Source of the DNA: an uncultured Gemmatimonadales bacterium
Lineage (GTDB): Bacteria; Gemmatimonadota; Gemmatimonadetes; Gemmatimonadales; GWC2-71-9
DNA: 64,000 bases
Assembly: GCA_963846545.1 (NCBI GenBank)
Contig: CAWJWG010000001.1
Span: 2,890,055-2,954,054 of the forward strand
Reading direction: 5' to 3'
The notes under the pieces were generated by a model, which saw nothing but the letters and a program-made list of their open reading frames with translations, was not told the origin of the DNA and did not search any database. Below, piece after piece: positions 7,816 to 17,379 of this stretch. Position numbers and translations under genes: made by a program. Positions within the stretch are counted from its first letter, which is position 1; every line of letters starts with the position of its first letter.

Positions 7816-9576
7816 TCAACGGCGCTCGATCTCGCCCTTGAGCCGAAACAGCGCATCTTCCGTGGCGACCAGCTCGCCGCGCGCCTCATTGATCCGTTGC
7901 TGCTGGCTGTGTACGAACCTCCGGTAAGGTGCGATGGCCTCGTTGACCCGGTCAGTGGACTGCGTCACTTCCTGGTGGACCTGGCGGGTCAACCCGTCGC
8001 GGAGCCGGGACCTGAGCTCTTCGACCCGCCGGGCGAAGTCTTCCTGGGCCTGCCGCCGCTTCCGCGGGATCACGTAGAAGCCGCCCACGGCCAGGGCCGT
8101 GGCGAGCAGGATGCCGGTGACATCGGCGGCCGCTCCGGTGAGGACCGTGGCCACCAGGGTCCCCAAGCCGAGGGCGCCGGCCTGGGCGAGCGCGGTGGTC
8201 GCGAAGGCCCCCTGCACCTCGTCGGCGATCGCCCGCGACTCGCGCTCGCGGTCGTACCCGCCGATCACCTCGCGCGAGACCCGGCCGACCGAGTCGAGCA
8301 GCGCCTGCCGGTTGTAGCCGAAAGTGGTGGGCACCTCGCCCAGCATGCCCTCCTGGTGCTGGGAGATCCGGCGCCGGTCCACGAACTGGCTCACGTCCTG
8401 CCACACCTTCAGGTTGCGCTCGACGATCCAGTCGATCAGCCGCCCCACCTCGGCTTCGAGCTGCTGGGGTGTGTCGCCGATGACCTCCCGCTCGAAGGCC
8501 CGCTTGATCCCCTCGCCGTCGAGGAGCGACTTGATCCGGCTCAGCCGAAATGTCTCCTCGAAATAGCGCCGCCCCCGGCGCTCCATCTCGGTCAGCAGCA
8601 GATCCAGCCGCGACAGGCGCGGCTCGAAGTCGCGCAGCATCTCCTGGTGGAAGAGCGCAAGCTGCGCGTCGATGCTCTGCAGGGCTTCGATGTCCTGGGA
8701 CAGGAGCTTGAGCCGCTCGAACGCCGCTTCCTTGTATCGCGCCGCGAGCCGCAGGCCGACGTTGAGCGGATTGAGCAGCTTGAGCCGGATCCGCTCCTCC
8801 TGATCCAGCGTGCGGAGCAGGTACTCCTCGACCGCGTCGAATCCGCTCTGCTCCCAGAGCTCGGGCGTCCCCTCGATCCGCGCCTGCACCGCGCGGCGGG
8901 CCGAGACGGGGAACACCTGGGGCGTGTCGCCGAGCAGCGCGGCCGCGTTGTCGCGCACGTAGGCCAGGACCTCCGCCTGTTCGGGCGGCCCGGCGAGGAT
9001 ATCGATCTTGTTGACGATGAAGACGATCTTCTTGCCCCACTCGCGGATGCGGGCGAGGAACTCGCGCTCGCTCTCGCTGAAGGGTCGGTCGGCGCTGGTG
9101 ACGAAGAGCACCAGGTCGGCGCGGGGCACGAAGTTGCTGGTGAGCTCCTCATGCTGCCGGATGACGGCGTTGGTGCCCGGCGTGTCTACCACGGTGAGCT
9201 CCCGCAGCAGCTCGGCGGGGTGGGTGCGCTCCAGGAGAAACGCCTCCAGCGTCCGTTCGGTGACCTCGGGGCCGTGGCGCAGCAGGTTGATGCGGTCGGT
9301 GGTGGGAGTGACCCCCTCGGGCAGCACGCGCTCGCCGAGCAGTGCGTTGATGAAGCTGGACTTGCCGGAGTTGAACTCTCCGGCGATCACCAGCAGGAAC
9401 AGCCCGGCGAGCTGCTCGGTGGCCTCCTTGAACCGCTGGAGGTCGGCCGCCTGCACGTCGGGTCCGAAGCCTTCGAGCGCGCGCGCGAGGCGCCCCAGCA
9501 GCTCCTGCTCCCGGGCCCGCAGATCCTGCTCGCGGTCCGACAGGAACGATCGCCGCCGGAGCAGCCTCCCGATCAC
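7816..9576 (-). CDS. Bacterial dynamin-like GTPase
   Basis: ORF track, 586 aa. G1 GEFNSGKSSFINALLG, G3 VVDTPG, G4 VNKID, then a long helical stalk. The GTG start overlaps the stop of the upstream small gene by 1 nt. Confidence 0.85.
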   Translation of the reverse strand: MIGRLLRRRSFLSDREQDLRAREQELLGRLARALEGFGPDVQAADLQRFKEATEQLAGLFLLVIAGEFNSGKSSFINALLGERVLPEGVTPTTDRINLLRHGPEVTERTLEAFLLERTHPAELLRELTVVDTPGTNAVIRQHEELTSNFVPRADLVLFVTSADRPFSESEREFLARIREWGKKIVFIVNKIDILAGPPEQAEVLAYVRDNAAALLGDTPQVFPVSARRAVQARIEGTPELWEQSGFDAVEEYLLRTLDQEERIRLKLLNPLNVGLRLAARYKEAAFERLKLLSQDIEALQSIDAQLALFHQEMLRDFEPRLSRLDLLLTEMERRGRRYFEETFRLSRIKSLLDGEGIKRAFEREVIGDTPQQLEAEVGRLIDWIVERNLKVWQDVSQFVDRRRISQHQEGMLGEVPTTFGYNRQALLDSVGRVSREVIGGYDRERESRAIADEVQGAFATTALAQAGALGLGTLVATVLTGAAADVTGILLATALAVGGFYVIPRKRRQAQEDFARRVEELRSRLRDGLTRQVHQEVTQSTDRVNEAIAPYRRFVHSQQQRINEARGELVATEDALFRLKGEIERR

Positions 9577-9974
9577 TAGTCGCGTCTTCCGAGCACTCTC
9601 GCCACCACGATGCCGAGCAGGAACGCTCCGGCCAGCGCCATCCCCGGCCGGCGCCGGGTCAGGGTCTCGACGTCACGCGCGATCGCCTTGCCGTCGTGGT
9701 CCCTGAGGTAATCGGCCGCGCGGGTGGCCCGCCGCCCGATCGAGTCGGCGGCATCCGCGAGCCGTGGCTGCGCCTCGTCGCGGAGTCGCTCCCCCGCGCG
9801 ATGCAGGGCACCGCCCACCTCGCCGATCCCTTCGGCCGCCTTGCGCTTGCCCTCGCTCAGGACGGGCCCCGCCCGCTCGCGGGCTTCGCGCAGCGTGCTC
9901 TTCGCCTGGTCCACCACTTTATCGCGAGTCTGGCGCACCTGCTCGCCCGCGTCGCTCCCCTTTTCGTCCGCCAT
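9576..9974 (-). CDS. DUF883/ElaB-like tail-anchored small protein
   Basis: C-terminal 132 codons of ORF 9576..10187, from ATG 9972-9974. Charged helical N-terminal part and a C-terminal TM anchor (GMALAGAFLLGIVVARVLGRRD). Confidence 0.6.
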   Translation of the reverse strand: MADEKGSDAGEQVRQTRDKVVDQAKSTLREARERAGPVLSEGKRKAAEGIGEVGGALHRAGERLRDEAQPRLADAADSIGRRATRAADYLRDHDGKAIARDVETLTRRRPGMALAGAFLLGIVVARVLGRRD

Positions 9975-10119
9975 GGCTCCATTCCTCCTCGTGTGCGAGG
10001 TCCCCACCGAGAGGCGACGATGTGTGAACGGCGTCGCCGGGGGACTCGAGACAGTAATATGCATCAATGTGGAACCGATGAGGACGGGCGGCGAGCGGGC
10101 GCTCTTGCGCCCCCGCGAT

Positions 10120-10295
10120 CTCCGCTCTAAGATGGCTCCGTCGTACAACCGATCCACGCGAGTCGAGATCCACGGAAGCCGGTGCAACTCCGGCGCGGCC
10201 CCGCCACTGTAACGGGCACCATACCTCGCTCATTCGCCACTGGGAAACCGGGAAGGCGAGCGAGGGCCCGAAGCCAGGAGACGTCTCACTCGTGC
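10120..10295 (+). promoter_or_regulatory. Cobalamin (B12) riboswitch
   Basis: Core GGAAGCCGGTGCAACTCCGGCGCGGCCCCGCCACTGTAACGGG (10174-10216), GCCACTGGGAAACCGGGAAGGCG (10244-10266), and the B12-box-like GAAGCCAGGAGAC (10270-10282). It lies upstream of a TonB-dependent receptor. The boundaries are approximate. Confidence 0.8.
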
Positions 10296-10540
10296 CACCA
10301 CGTCAGCCCTCGGGGGAGGGAACGGTGGCGACTCCGGCTCCCGCATCAGCGGCCCGCTTTCGCCCATCTTCGACACCCCGAGGATGGGCGGCCTTGTTGA
10401 GGGGCTCCTCCCTTCTCCCACGGCGTCTCATCCTCGGCAGCCCCGCCGCCAGCTCGGCCGGCCGGAGGCTCGCTCGCACCATCCCCTGGCCCCGTCGTAC
10501 CGTCCGAGCCATGCGCTACAAGCTACGCCAGGAGAGTTCG

Positions 10541-12508
10541 ATGATCACCAGCGCCACGCTCTCACACTTCCCGCGCGCCATCGCGCGGCTCCTCGCGGTC
10601 CTGTTCGCCGGGCTCTCCCTCGCACCCGCAGGACTCGGCGCCCAGGAGGCGGGCGATACCGCGTCGCTCCCCGAGATCGTGGTGACCGCGACGCGCTATC
10701 CCGTCACCCCCGATTCCGTGGCGTCGTCGGTCACCGTGCTCCGCGGCGACGACATTCGGGCCCAGGGGATCCGGCTGGTAGGTGACGCGCTCCGCCAGGT
10801 GCCGGGCGTCCACATGGTTCAGAGCGGCCCCTACGGGGCCGCCGCCTCGGCGTTCGTCCGCGGCGGAGAGAGCGACTACGTGAAGGTGCTGGTGGATGGA
10901 ATTCCGGTGAATCAGCCGGGCGGATTCTACGACTTCGCGTCGCTCACCACCGACAACGTCGAGCGGATCGAGATCCTGCGTGGGCCCGGCAGCGTGTTGT
11001 ATGGCTCGGACGCGATCGCCGGCGTGGTCCAGATCGTCACCCGGCAGGGTGACGGCGGCGTGCGCCTGGGCGCATCGGGGGAGGGCGGCAGCTTCGGTAC
11101 CGCGCGGTGGGAGGCCTCGGCCCTCGGCGGGAGCGACCGGCTGGGGTGGTCGGCCTCCCTCTCCCGACTCACCAGCGACGGCACCTACGACTTCAACAAC
11201 GACTACCGGAACACCGCGGCGAGTGGCCGGTTTCGCACCCGGCTGGGCGAGCGCACCGACCTGAGCCTCACCGGCCGGTATCACGACGCGAAGTACAACT
11301 TTCCGACCGACTTCACCGGCATCCCGGTGGACGTGAACCAGTTCACCACCGACGAAACCGCAGCCTTCGGGCTCGACGTGGGGCACCGGTTCTCCGAGGT
11401 GGTAGAGGGCCGGGTGCTGCTGGGGCGGAGCGACATCGAGACGTCGTATCAGAACCCGATCGACCCACCGGGACCGGGGTTCGCCAGCGACGACCGCACG
11501 AGCACCGACCGCAGCTCGGCGGACGCACGGGTGCAGCTCACGTTGCCGCGCGGCATTCGCGGGCTCGCGGGCGCGAGCGTCGAGTCCCAGCGCCAGGACG
11601 TGACCGGCGCGTTCCGCGAGTCGCGCCGCAACTGGGGACTCTATACCGAGGCCACGTTCCTCCCCGTCTCGGGTCTCCAGATCACCGCCGGTGGACGGCT
11701 GGACGAGAACGAGAAGTTCGGCAGCTTCTGGACCTACCGCGCCACGGCGCTCGCCTTCGCCTCGCCCACGACCAAGCTCAGGACGTCGGTGGGGACCGGC
11801 TTCAAGGAGCCCGGCTTCTTCGAGAACTTCGACAGCCCGTTCTCGGTCGGGAACCCGGATCTTCGGCCGGAGCGAAGCTTCAGCGTGGAGGGTGGCGTCG
11901 AGCAGGACCTGGCGCAGGGCGCCGCCAGCGTGGGTGTCACGGTCTTCGCGCAGCGATTCCGCGATCTGATCCAGTTCACCTTCGTGACCCCGACACCGGG
12001 CGGCCCGAACTACTTCAACGTCGCGTCGGCCAACGCCAACGGGATCGAGGCGGTGGTCGGCGTGCGACCCAGGGGCCCCGTGCGGGGCTCGGTCAGCTAC
12101 ACCCGGATCTGGTCGGAGGTCACCGATGCCGGCTTCGATTCGGGTGACGCGGCGACCTTCGTGGAGGGGGAGCGGCTGCTGCGGCGTCCGAGCGACGCCC
12201 TGAGCCTGCGGGTCGAGACCGCGGTGGCGGATCGGGCGCGGCTCGGTGCGATGCTCTCGTGGGTGGGGACGCGCGACGACATTCGCTTCGGCCAGTTTCC
12301 CGAGCCCAGCCAGCGGGTGGAGCTGCCCTCGTACACCACGCTCGACCTGAGCGGCACGCTCACCGTGCTCCATTCCCGCTCACGCGTTCCCGGTCTGGAT
12401 CTGACGGCGCGGGTGGAGAATCTGTTCGACGAGCGTTACGAGCAGGTGGTGGGATTCCCCGCACGGGGCCGGGGGATCTTCGTGGGTGTCTCGAGCCAGA
12501 TCCAGTAG
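10541..12508 (+). CDS. btuB: TonB-dependent receptor, vitamin B12 transporter-like
   Basis: ORF track 10292..12508 trimmed to ATG 10541, preceded by GGAGAG. Signal peptide, TonB-box region EIVVTATR, plug domain (VLRGDDIRAQG, ERIEILRGPGSVLYGSDAIAGVV), and a beta-barrel. It follows the B12 riboswitch. Confidence 0.9.
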   Translation: MITSATLSHFPRAIARLLAVLFAGLSLAPAGLGAQEAGDTASLPEIVVTATRYPVTPDSVASSVTVLRGDDIRAQGIRLVGDALRQVPGVHMVQSGPYGAAASAFVRGGESDYVKVLVDGIPVNQPGGFYDFASLTTDNVERIEILRGPGSVLYGSDAIAGVVQIVTRQGDGGVRLGASGEGGSFGTARWEASALGGSDRLGWSASLSRLTSDGTYDFNNDYRNTAASGRFRTRLGERTDLSLTGRYHDAKYNFPTDFTGIPVDVNQFTTDETAAFGLDVGHRFSEVVEGRVLLGRSDIETSYQNPIDPPGPGFASDDRTSTDRSSADARVQLTLPRGIRGLAGASVESQRQDVTGAFRESRRNWGLYTEATFLPVSGLQITAGGRLDENEKFGSFWTYRATALAFASPTTKLRTSVGTGFKEPGFFENFDSPFSVGNPDLRPERSFSVEGGVEQDLAQGAASVGVTVFAQRFRDLIQFTFVTPTPGGPNYFNVASANANGIEAVVGVRPRGPVRGSVSYTRIWSEVTDAGFDSGDAATFVEGERLLRRPSDALSLRVETAVADRARLGAMLSWVGTRDDIRFGQFPEPSQRVELPSYTTLDLSGTLTVLHSRSRVPGLDLTARVENLFDERYEQVVGFPARGRGIFVGVSSQIQ

Positions 12509-12534
12509 CGCAGCCAGCGTTGCACGAGGCGATC

Positions 12535-13008
12535 CTACAACACGTCTCGAGCTGCCTCCAGGCGCAGGGCCTCGACCTGTTCGAGTTGGTCGGCGGCCCG
12601 GCGCTCGAGCAGGTCCAGATCCAGCTCGCGCAGAGCGCCGTGCTTGCTCGAGACGGATCGGAGCGCGCGCCAGAGCGAGAGCTTGCCGTTGATGCCCATC
12701 GAGAGCGTTTCCAGCATCTCCATCCGCGCCAGCTCCTCGGGCTTGTGGGTGCCCGCCATCTTCATCCGACCCGCCTTCTCCGCCAGCCAGGCCCCGGCCT
12801 TCTTGAGCGGGTCCTCCACCGACCCCACCCGCTCGATCAGGCGTTGAAGCACCTGCTGGTCAGCCTGGATCTCCCCCAGGATTTCCTGTAACCGGCTGCC
12901 AAGTGCATTCCCGGCGTTCTCCTTGATGGCGCGCTCCACCATCTCCACCGCACCGGTAGAGCCGGCGAGGTGATCGTTGAGATAGGTGCCCAGCGGCGAG
13001 TCGCTCAT
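12535..13008 (-). CDS. Conserved hypothetical helical protein
   Basis: ORF track, 157 aa with coding-like composition. An ATGA overlap couples it to the upstream TerB-like gene. Confidence 0.6.
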   Translation of the reverse strand: MSDSPLGTYLNDHLAGSTGAVEMVERAIKENAGNALGSRLQEILGEIQADQQVLQRLIERVGSVEDPLKKAGAWLAEKAGRMKMAGTHKPEELARMEMLETLSMGINGKLSLWRALRSVSSKHGALRELDLDLLERRAADQLEQVEALRLEAARDVL

Positions 13009-13493
13009 GGCTCCCTCGACGGGCGCGGCTCGCGCTCCGTGGCAGATTTACGGGCCTCGGCCAGGTAGCCCGGCTCCAGCTCGAGCAGGTGGGCGAGCTT
13101 GCGCACCAGCCACGCCTCGTGCGTGGCGAGCTCACCGTCGGCCAGGATCACCCCCCACATCACCTCGGCCAGCACCATCTTCTGTCCAAGATCGTATTCG
13201 GCGGCGATGATCCGGGTGAACTGGAAATGGTCGATCGATTGGCGCCGCTCCGCGTCGGCCAGCGCGATGAGCTCCTTGGCCGTGGCGTCGTCGAGCCCGA
13301 AGTGCCGCTGGACCGCGCCCTCGATGTGCGTCAGCTCGGAGGGGGACAGCACACCGTCGGCGTGAGCCAGCTCCAGCAGCAGCGCGCAGGCGGCGAGGTG
13401 GACTCCGCCGGGCGACGGGCTTACAGAGCTGCCGGCCGGGGGCGCGGGCGCCAGAATGCGGCGGGTGACGAAACCACGAATCGCGTCGAGCAT
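13005..13493 (-). CDS. TerB-like (tellurite-resistance TerB family) protein
   Basis: ORF 13005..13619 trimmed to ATG 13491-13493 (MLDAIRGF...). LLLELAHADGVLSPSELTHIEG... and VMWGVILADGELATHEAWLVRKLA match the TerB two-repeat pattern. Confidence 0.65.
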   Translation of the reverse strand: MLDAIRGFVTRRILAPAPPAGSSVSPSPGGVHLAACALLLELAHADGVLSPSELTHIEGAVQRHFGLDDATAKELIALADAERRQSIDHFQFTRIIAAEYDLGQKMVLAEVMWGVILADGELATHEAWLVRKLAHLLELEPGYLAEARKSATEREPRPSREP

Positions 13494-13525
13494 GCCGGGA
13501 AGGTATAGCTTTCGCCGAGCCCTCT

Positions 13526-14833
13526 GTGAATCCCCGGATCGCTTCGAACTCTGCTTCCGCGCCCACGGCGCGCAAGAGCGTCCCCATGTGGCAAGCCGAC
13601 TCGCCTCGCGCGCAGGCACCCGACACCGTGGCCGACGTCGCGGTCCCGGTGCCGAGCGCTCTTGCCGTTCGCTACCACCGGACCGGGCACGCCGTGTGGG
13701 CCACGGCCAACGTCCTCGAGCTCCTGGTACCCGCGGCGCTCCTCTTCACCGGCTTCTCCGCCCGCATCCGGACGCTCGCTGCCCGCCTCGGACGACGGCG
13801 TTGGTTCCCGACCGTCGCGCTGTACGGCGCCGCGTATGCCATCGTCCAGGCCCTGTTGTTTCTTCCATTCGCGTGGTACGCCGGATTCGTGCGGCAGCAC
13901 GCGTACGGCCTGTCCAATGAGACCGCCGAGGCGTGGCTCGCCGACTGGGGCAGGGGCACCGCCATCGCCACGGTGGTGATCGCCCTGCTGCTCTGGATCC
14001 CCTACCTGCTGCTGCGCCGGAGCCCGCGGCGCTGGTGGCTCTGGAGTGGCCTGCTCGCCGCCCCACTCACGCTGCTCGCGCTGGTCGTGGCGCCGGTGTG
14101 GATCGCGCCGCTCTTCGACCGGTACGGCCCCATGCGCGACAAGGTGCTCGAGGCTCGCATCCGCGATCTCGCGTCCCGGGCGGGTATCGCGGACAGCCGG
14201 ATCTTCGAGGTACGGAAAAGCGACGACACGCGGCAGGTGAACGCGTTCGTCACCGGATTCGCCGGCAGCAAGCGCATCGTGCTGTGGGACACCCTGGTTG
14301 ACCGTCTCGCGCCCGACGAGGTGGTGTTCGTGATGGGACACGAGATGGGACACTACGTTCTGAACCACACGCTCACGATTATATTCGGCACCACCGTCAT
14401 GATGACGCTGTCGTTGTACGCGGTGCATCGTGTCGCGGGATGGGCGCTGAGCCGATTCCAGTCGCGATTCGGATTCGGCCGGCTGGACGACGTCGCCTCG
14501 CTGCCGTTGCTCGCGCTGGTCGGCGGTGTGGTGATGCTGACGACGACGCCGGCCGCATTGGCGCTGTCGCGATGGCAGGAGCGCGAGGCGGACCGCTTTG
14601 CCCTCGAGATCACGCGGGACAACGCGGCCGGCGCGCGCACGTTCGTCCGTCTCCACGACGAGAACCTCGCCGTCCCCCGCACCGGGCTCATCTACCGGCT
14701 GTGGCGTGGCAGCCATCCGGATCTGGCCGACCGGATCGCGTTCGCGAACGGCTACCGCCCCTGGAGCCGCGGCGAGCCACTCCGCTACGGCAACCGATTC
14801 CGTTCGCTGGAGCCGCCGGCACCCGGCCCCTGA
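13526..14833 (+). CDS. M48-family (Ste24/HtpX-like) zinc metallopeptidase, membrane-bound
   Basis: ORF track, 435 aa. HEXXH as VMGHEMGHYVLNH, multiple TM helices, and downstream EREADRFAL. An alternative ATG start is at 13586. Confidence 0.85.
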   Translation: MNPRIASNSASAPTARKSVPMWQADSPRAQAPDTVADVAVPVPSALAVRYHRTGHAVWATANVLELLVPAALLFTGFSARIRTLAARLGRRRWFPTVALYGAAYAIVQALLFLPFAWYAGFVRQHAYGLSNETAEAWLADWGRGTAIATVVIALLLWIPYLLLRRSPRRWWLWSGLLAAPLTLLALVVAPVWIAPLFDRYGPMRDKVLEARIRDLASRAGIADSRIFEVRKSDDTRQVNAFVTGFAGSKRIVLWDTLVDRLAPDEVVFVMGHEMGHYVLNHTLTIIFGTTVMMTLSLYAVHRVAGWALSRFQSRFGFGRLDDVASLPLLALVGGVVMLTTTPAALALSRWQEREADRFALEITRDNAAGARTFVRLHDENLAVPRTGLIYRLWRGSHPDLADRIAFANGYRPWSRGEPLRYGNRFRSLEPPAPGP

Positions 14834-14920
14834 GGAGCCCCACTGCCGACCGATCTCACCCGTCCGGAATCCCCTCGATCGGGCCATGCGGCGCCCCGGA
14901 GTGCGACGGCCGCTCTGCCG

Positions 14921-16492
14921 GTGCTGCGGGTGCTGCAGATCGGCGCGGCGCTGGTGGTGCTCGCCGCACTTCCCTACCCGCTCTTTCAGCTCGACCGCTA
15001 CACCTTCGTCAAAGAGCTCGCCCTGCTCGGCTCGGCCTTCACGGCGGTGTTTCTCTGCCTTCGGAGCGCGGGCTCGATCCGTGTCTTCGTGGTGGACGCG
15101 CTCGTCGCCGGTTACCTGGCACTGTCGCTCATCTCCGCGCTGCTCGCCACCAACGGATGGCTCGCCTCTCGCGCCTACGGTGTTTCGCTCGCCGGCGCGG
15201 CACTGTTCTGGGCGGCCAGGACAGTCGCCCGCGCCGGGCTTGGCCCGCGATTGCTCGCCGCCCTCGCGGCGGCCGTCGTGGTCGGCGCGACGACGGGTCT
15301 GGTACAGGCCTACGGACTGATCGAGACCGACCTGGCCAGCGCATCGCGCGCGCCCGGCGGTACCTTCGGCAACCGCAATTTCATGGCGCATCTCGTCACC
15401 ATCGGTTTGCCGGTGCTGATGATGGTCACGGTCGAGGCCCGTCGCCGGCGCGACTTCGCGATCGGCGCGGCCGGTGTGGCCATCGCCGCCGCCGCCCTCG
15501 TGCTCTCACGCTCGCGCGCGGCATGGGTCGGCGCCGCCGCATGCGCGGTGTTTCTGGCCGTGGAGGGGCTGTGGATCGGACGCCTCTGGCACGACCTGCG
15601 GCTTCGGCGAAGGGTGCTCACCCTGGCGGGCCTGGGCGTGGTCGGGCTCGGTTTGGCGCTGATCCTGCCCAACCGGCTCAAGTGGCGCTCCGATTCGCCC
15701 TACCTGGACTCGTTGACGGGCGTCGCCAACTATAAGGAAGGGAGCGGCCGCGGCCGGTTGATCCAGTACGGCAACACGCTCCGGATGGCCGTGGACCATC
15801 CGATGCTGGGCGTGGGTCCCGGCAACTGGCCGGTCCACTATCCGAAATACATGTCCCCGGGCGATCCGTCGTTCGACGCCGACGACATCATCCCCACCAA
15901 TCCGTGGCCCAGCAGCGACTGGATAGCCACTCTCTCCGAGCGGGGGTTGCCCGCCCTGGCGCTCCTGCTCCTCGCGGGCGGCTCCATCGGACTGGGCGCG
16001 TGGGCCCGGGTTCGCGGGGGCGGCGGCCGTGCCCCCGAGCTGCGCGATCTCACGATCGTCGCGACCCTCATCGCGGTCGTGGTGGTGGGCGCATTCGACG
16101 CGGTGGTGCTCCTGCCGGCTCCCACGTTCTTCGTCTGGGCGACGGTGGGCGCCATGGCATCGACGGCACGCCCCATACGGGACATCGAGTTGTCGGCTCC
16201 CGCGCTCCAGAAGATCCGAGTGGCGACCGCCATCGTCGCGGCCATCCTTCTCCTCCAGAGCCTGGCACAGGTCGTGGCGATAGGAGTGGCGAACGACGGC
16301 CGTCGCGGCTCGCTCGAGACCGCGGCCAAGGTGGATCCGGGGAGCTATCGGATCCACATGCTGCTGGCGCAGCAGTGGCGAAAGGCCGGACGGTGCGATC
16401 GCGCCCGCCCGCAGGCCGACCGCGCGCACGATCTCTTTCCCAACCATCCCGCTCCCCGCGTCATCACACGCGCCTGTCGCCAGACCGGCTGA
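14921..16492 (+). CDS. O-antigen ligase (Wzy_C) family membrane protein
   Basis: ORF track, 523 aa with ~10 TM segments. GNRNFMAHLV and LSRSRAAWVGAA loop typical of the O-antigen ligase/polymerase domain, plus a helical C-terminal extension. Confidence 0.75.
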   Translation: MLRVLQIGAALVVLAALPYPLFQLDRYTFVKELALLGSAFTAVFLCLRSAGSIRVFVVDALVAGYLALSLISALLATNGWLASRAYGVSLAGAALFWAARTVARAGLGPRLLAALAAAVVVGATTGLVQAYGLIETDLASASRAPGGTFGNRNFMAHLVTIGLPVLMMVTVEARRRRDFAIGAAGVAIAAAALVLSRSRAAWVGAAACAVFLAVEGLWIGRLWHDLRLRRRVLTLAGLGVVGLGLALILPNRLKWRSDSPYLDSLTGVANYKEGSGRGRLIQYGNTLRMAVDHPMLGVGPGNWPVHYPKYMSPGDPSFDADDIIPTNPWPSSDWIATLSERGLPALALLLLAGGSIGLGAWARVRGGGGRAPELRDLTIVATLIAVVVVGAFDAVVLLPAPTFFVWATVGAMASTARPIRDIELSAPALQKIRVATAIVAAILLLQSLAQVVAIGVANDGRRGSLETAAKVDPGSYRIHMLLAQQWRKAGRCDRARPQADRAHDLFPNHPAPRVITRACRQTG

Positions 16493-16517
16493 TGGGGCCG
16501 TTCCGTCTGCTCCGACC

Positions 16518-17372
16518 TCACGCAGGTCCTCGCTCGATCGGCGTGTCGTCTCGTCCGCCCCACTCGGTCCACGCGCCATCGTACAGGCCCGCGGCATCGC
16601 GGCCGAGGAGGCACAGCGCATGGATCAGCGCACATGCGCTCACGCCAGAGCCGCAGGTAGCGATGACAGGGCGATCGGGATCCACGCCTGCGTCAGCGAG
16701 ACGGCGGCGCAGGGTCTCGAGCGGCAGCACGGTGCCGTCGCCGCTCACCAGCGTGTCGTAGGGAAGGTTGAGGCTGCCGGGAACATGACCGCCCCGGAGA
16801 CCCTGCCGTGGCTCGGGCTGGGTGGCACTGAAGCGGCCGGCGGAGCGCATGTCCACGATCTGCGTGCGTCCATCCGCCATCGCGGCGCGCATCGCTGTCA
16901 GATCGCGCACCACCCCCTCGGGAATCGGCCGAGGGGTGAACGTCGTCCGCGGGTGATGGACCGCGCCCCGCTGGATCGGCCGACCCTCGCTGCGCCATTT
17001 CCCCATGCCGCCGTCGAGCAGCGCGACGCTCGAATGGCCGAACACGCGGAACATCCACCACACGCGCGCCGCGCTCAGGTTGGCACCGGAGCCGTCGTAC
17101 ACGACCACATCGTCGCCGTCACCGATCCCGAGCCGGCCCATCCGCGTCCCGAACGCCTCGGGAGCCGGCAGCATGTGAGGCAGAGTGGATTCGCGGTCGC
17201 TCGACGCGTCGAGGTCGAAGAACACCGCGCCGGGAATGTGCCCGTCCGCGTACTCCGCTGCGGGGTCCCGCCCGCTCGTGGGCAGATACATCGAGCCGTC
17301 CACGACACGAAGCCCCGGCCGTCCCAGCTCTCCGGCCAGCCAGTCTGTCGTGACCAGCGCGCGATCGATCAT
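16518..17372 (-). CDS. sseA: 3-mercaptopyruvate sulfurtransferase (tandem rhodanese)
   Basis: ORF 16518..17492 trimmed to ATG 17370-17372 (MIDRALVTTDWLA...), just after the upstream gene's stop. GHIPGAVFFD, GHVPGSLNLP, and active-site loop CGSGVSA. Confidence 0.85.
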   Translation of the reverse strand: MIDRALVTTDWLAGELGRPGLRVVDGSMYLPTSGRDPAAEYADGHIPGAVFFDLDASSDRESTLPHMLPAPEAFGTRMGRLGIGDGDDVVVYDGSGANLSAARVWWMFRVFGHSSVALLDGGMGKWRSEGRPIQRGAVHHPRTTFTPRPIPEGVVRDLTAMRAAMADGRTQIVDMRSAGRFSATQPEPRQGLRGGHVPGSLNLPYDTLVSGDGTVLPLETLRRRLADAGVDPDRPVIATCGSGVSACALIHALCLLGRDAAGLYDGAWTEWGGRDDTPIERGPA

Positions 17373-17379
17373 CGTGGCC

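Noticed and set aside
7717-9579. 620-aa plus-strand ORF opposite the dynamin-like gene
   Set aside because: This is a shadow ORF typical of high-GC DNA. The minus strand carries the G1/G3/G4 GTPase motifs. The same reasoning rejects 10562..12373(-), 13421..15391(-), 17185..19392(+), 22218..23891(+), 25421..27121(+), 30340..32556(+), 33776..35506(+), 43494..44576(+), 44706..46079(+) and 54765..56576(+).
10292-10540. N-terminal 83-codon extension of the TonB-dependent receptor ORF
   Set aside because: It overlaps the riboswitch 3' end and is Pro/Arg/Ser/Ala-rich with no signal peptide. A canonical signal peptide and RBS occur at 10541.
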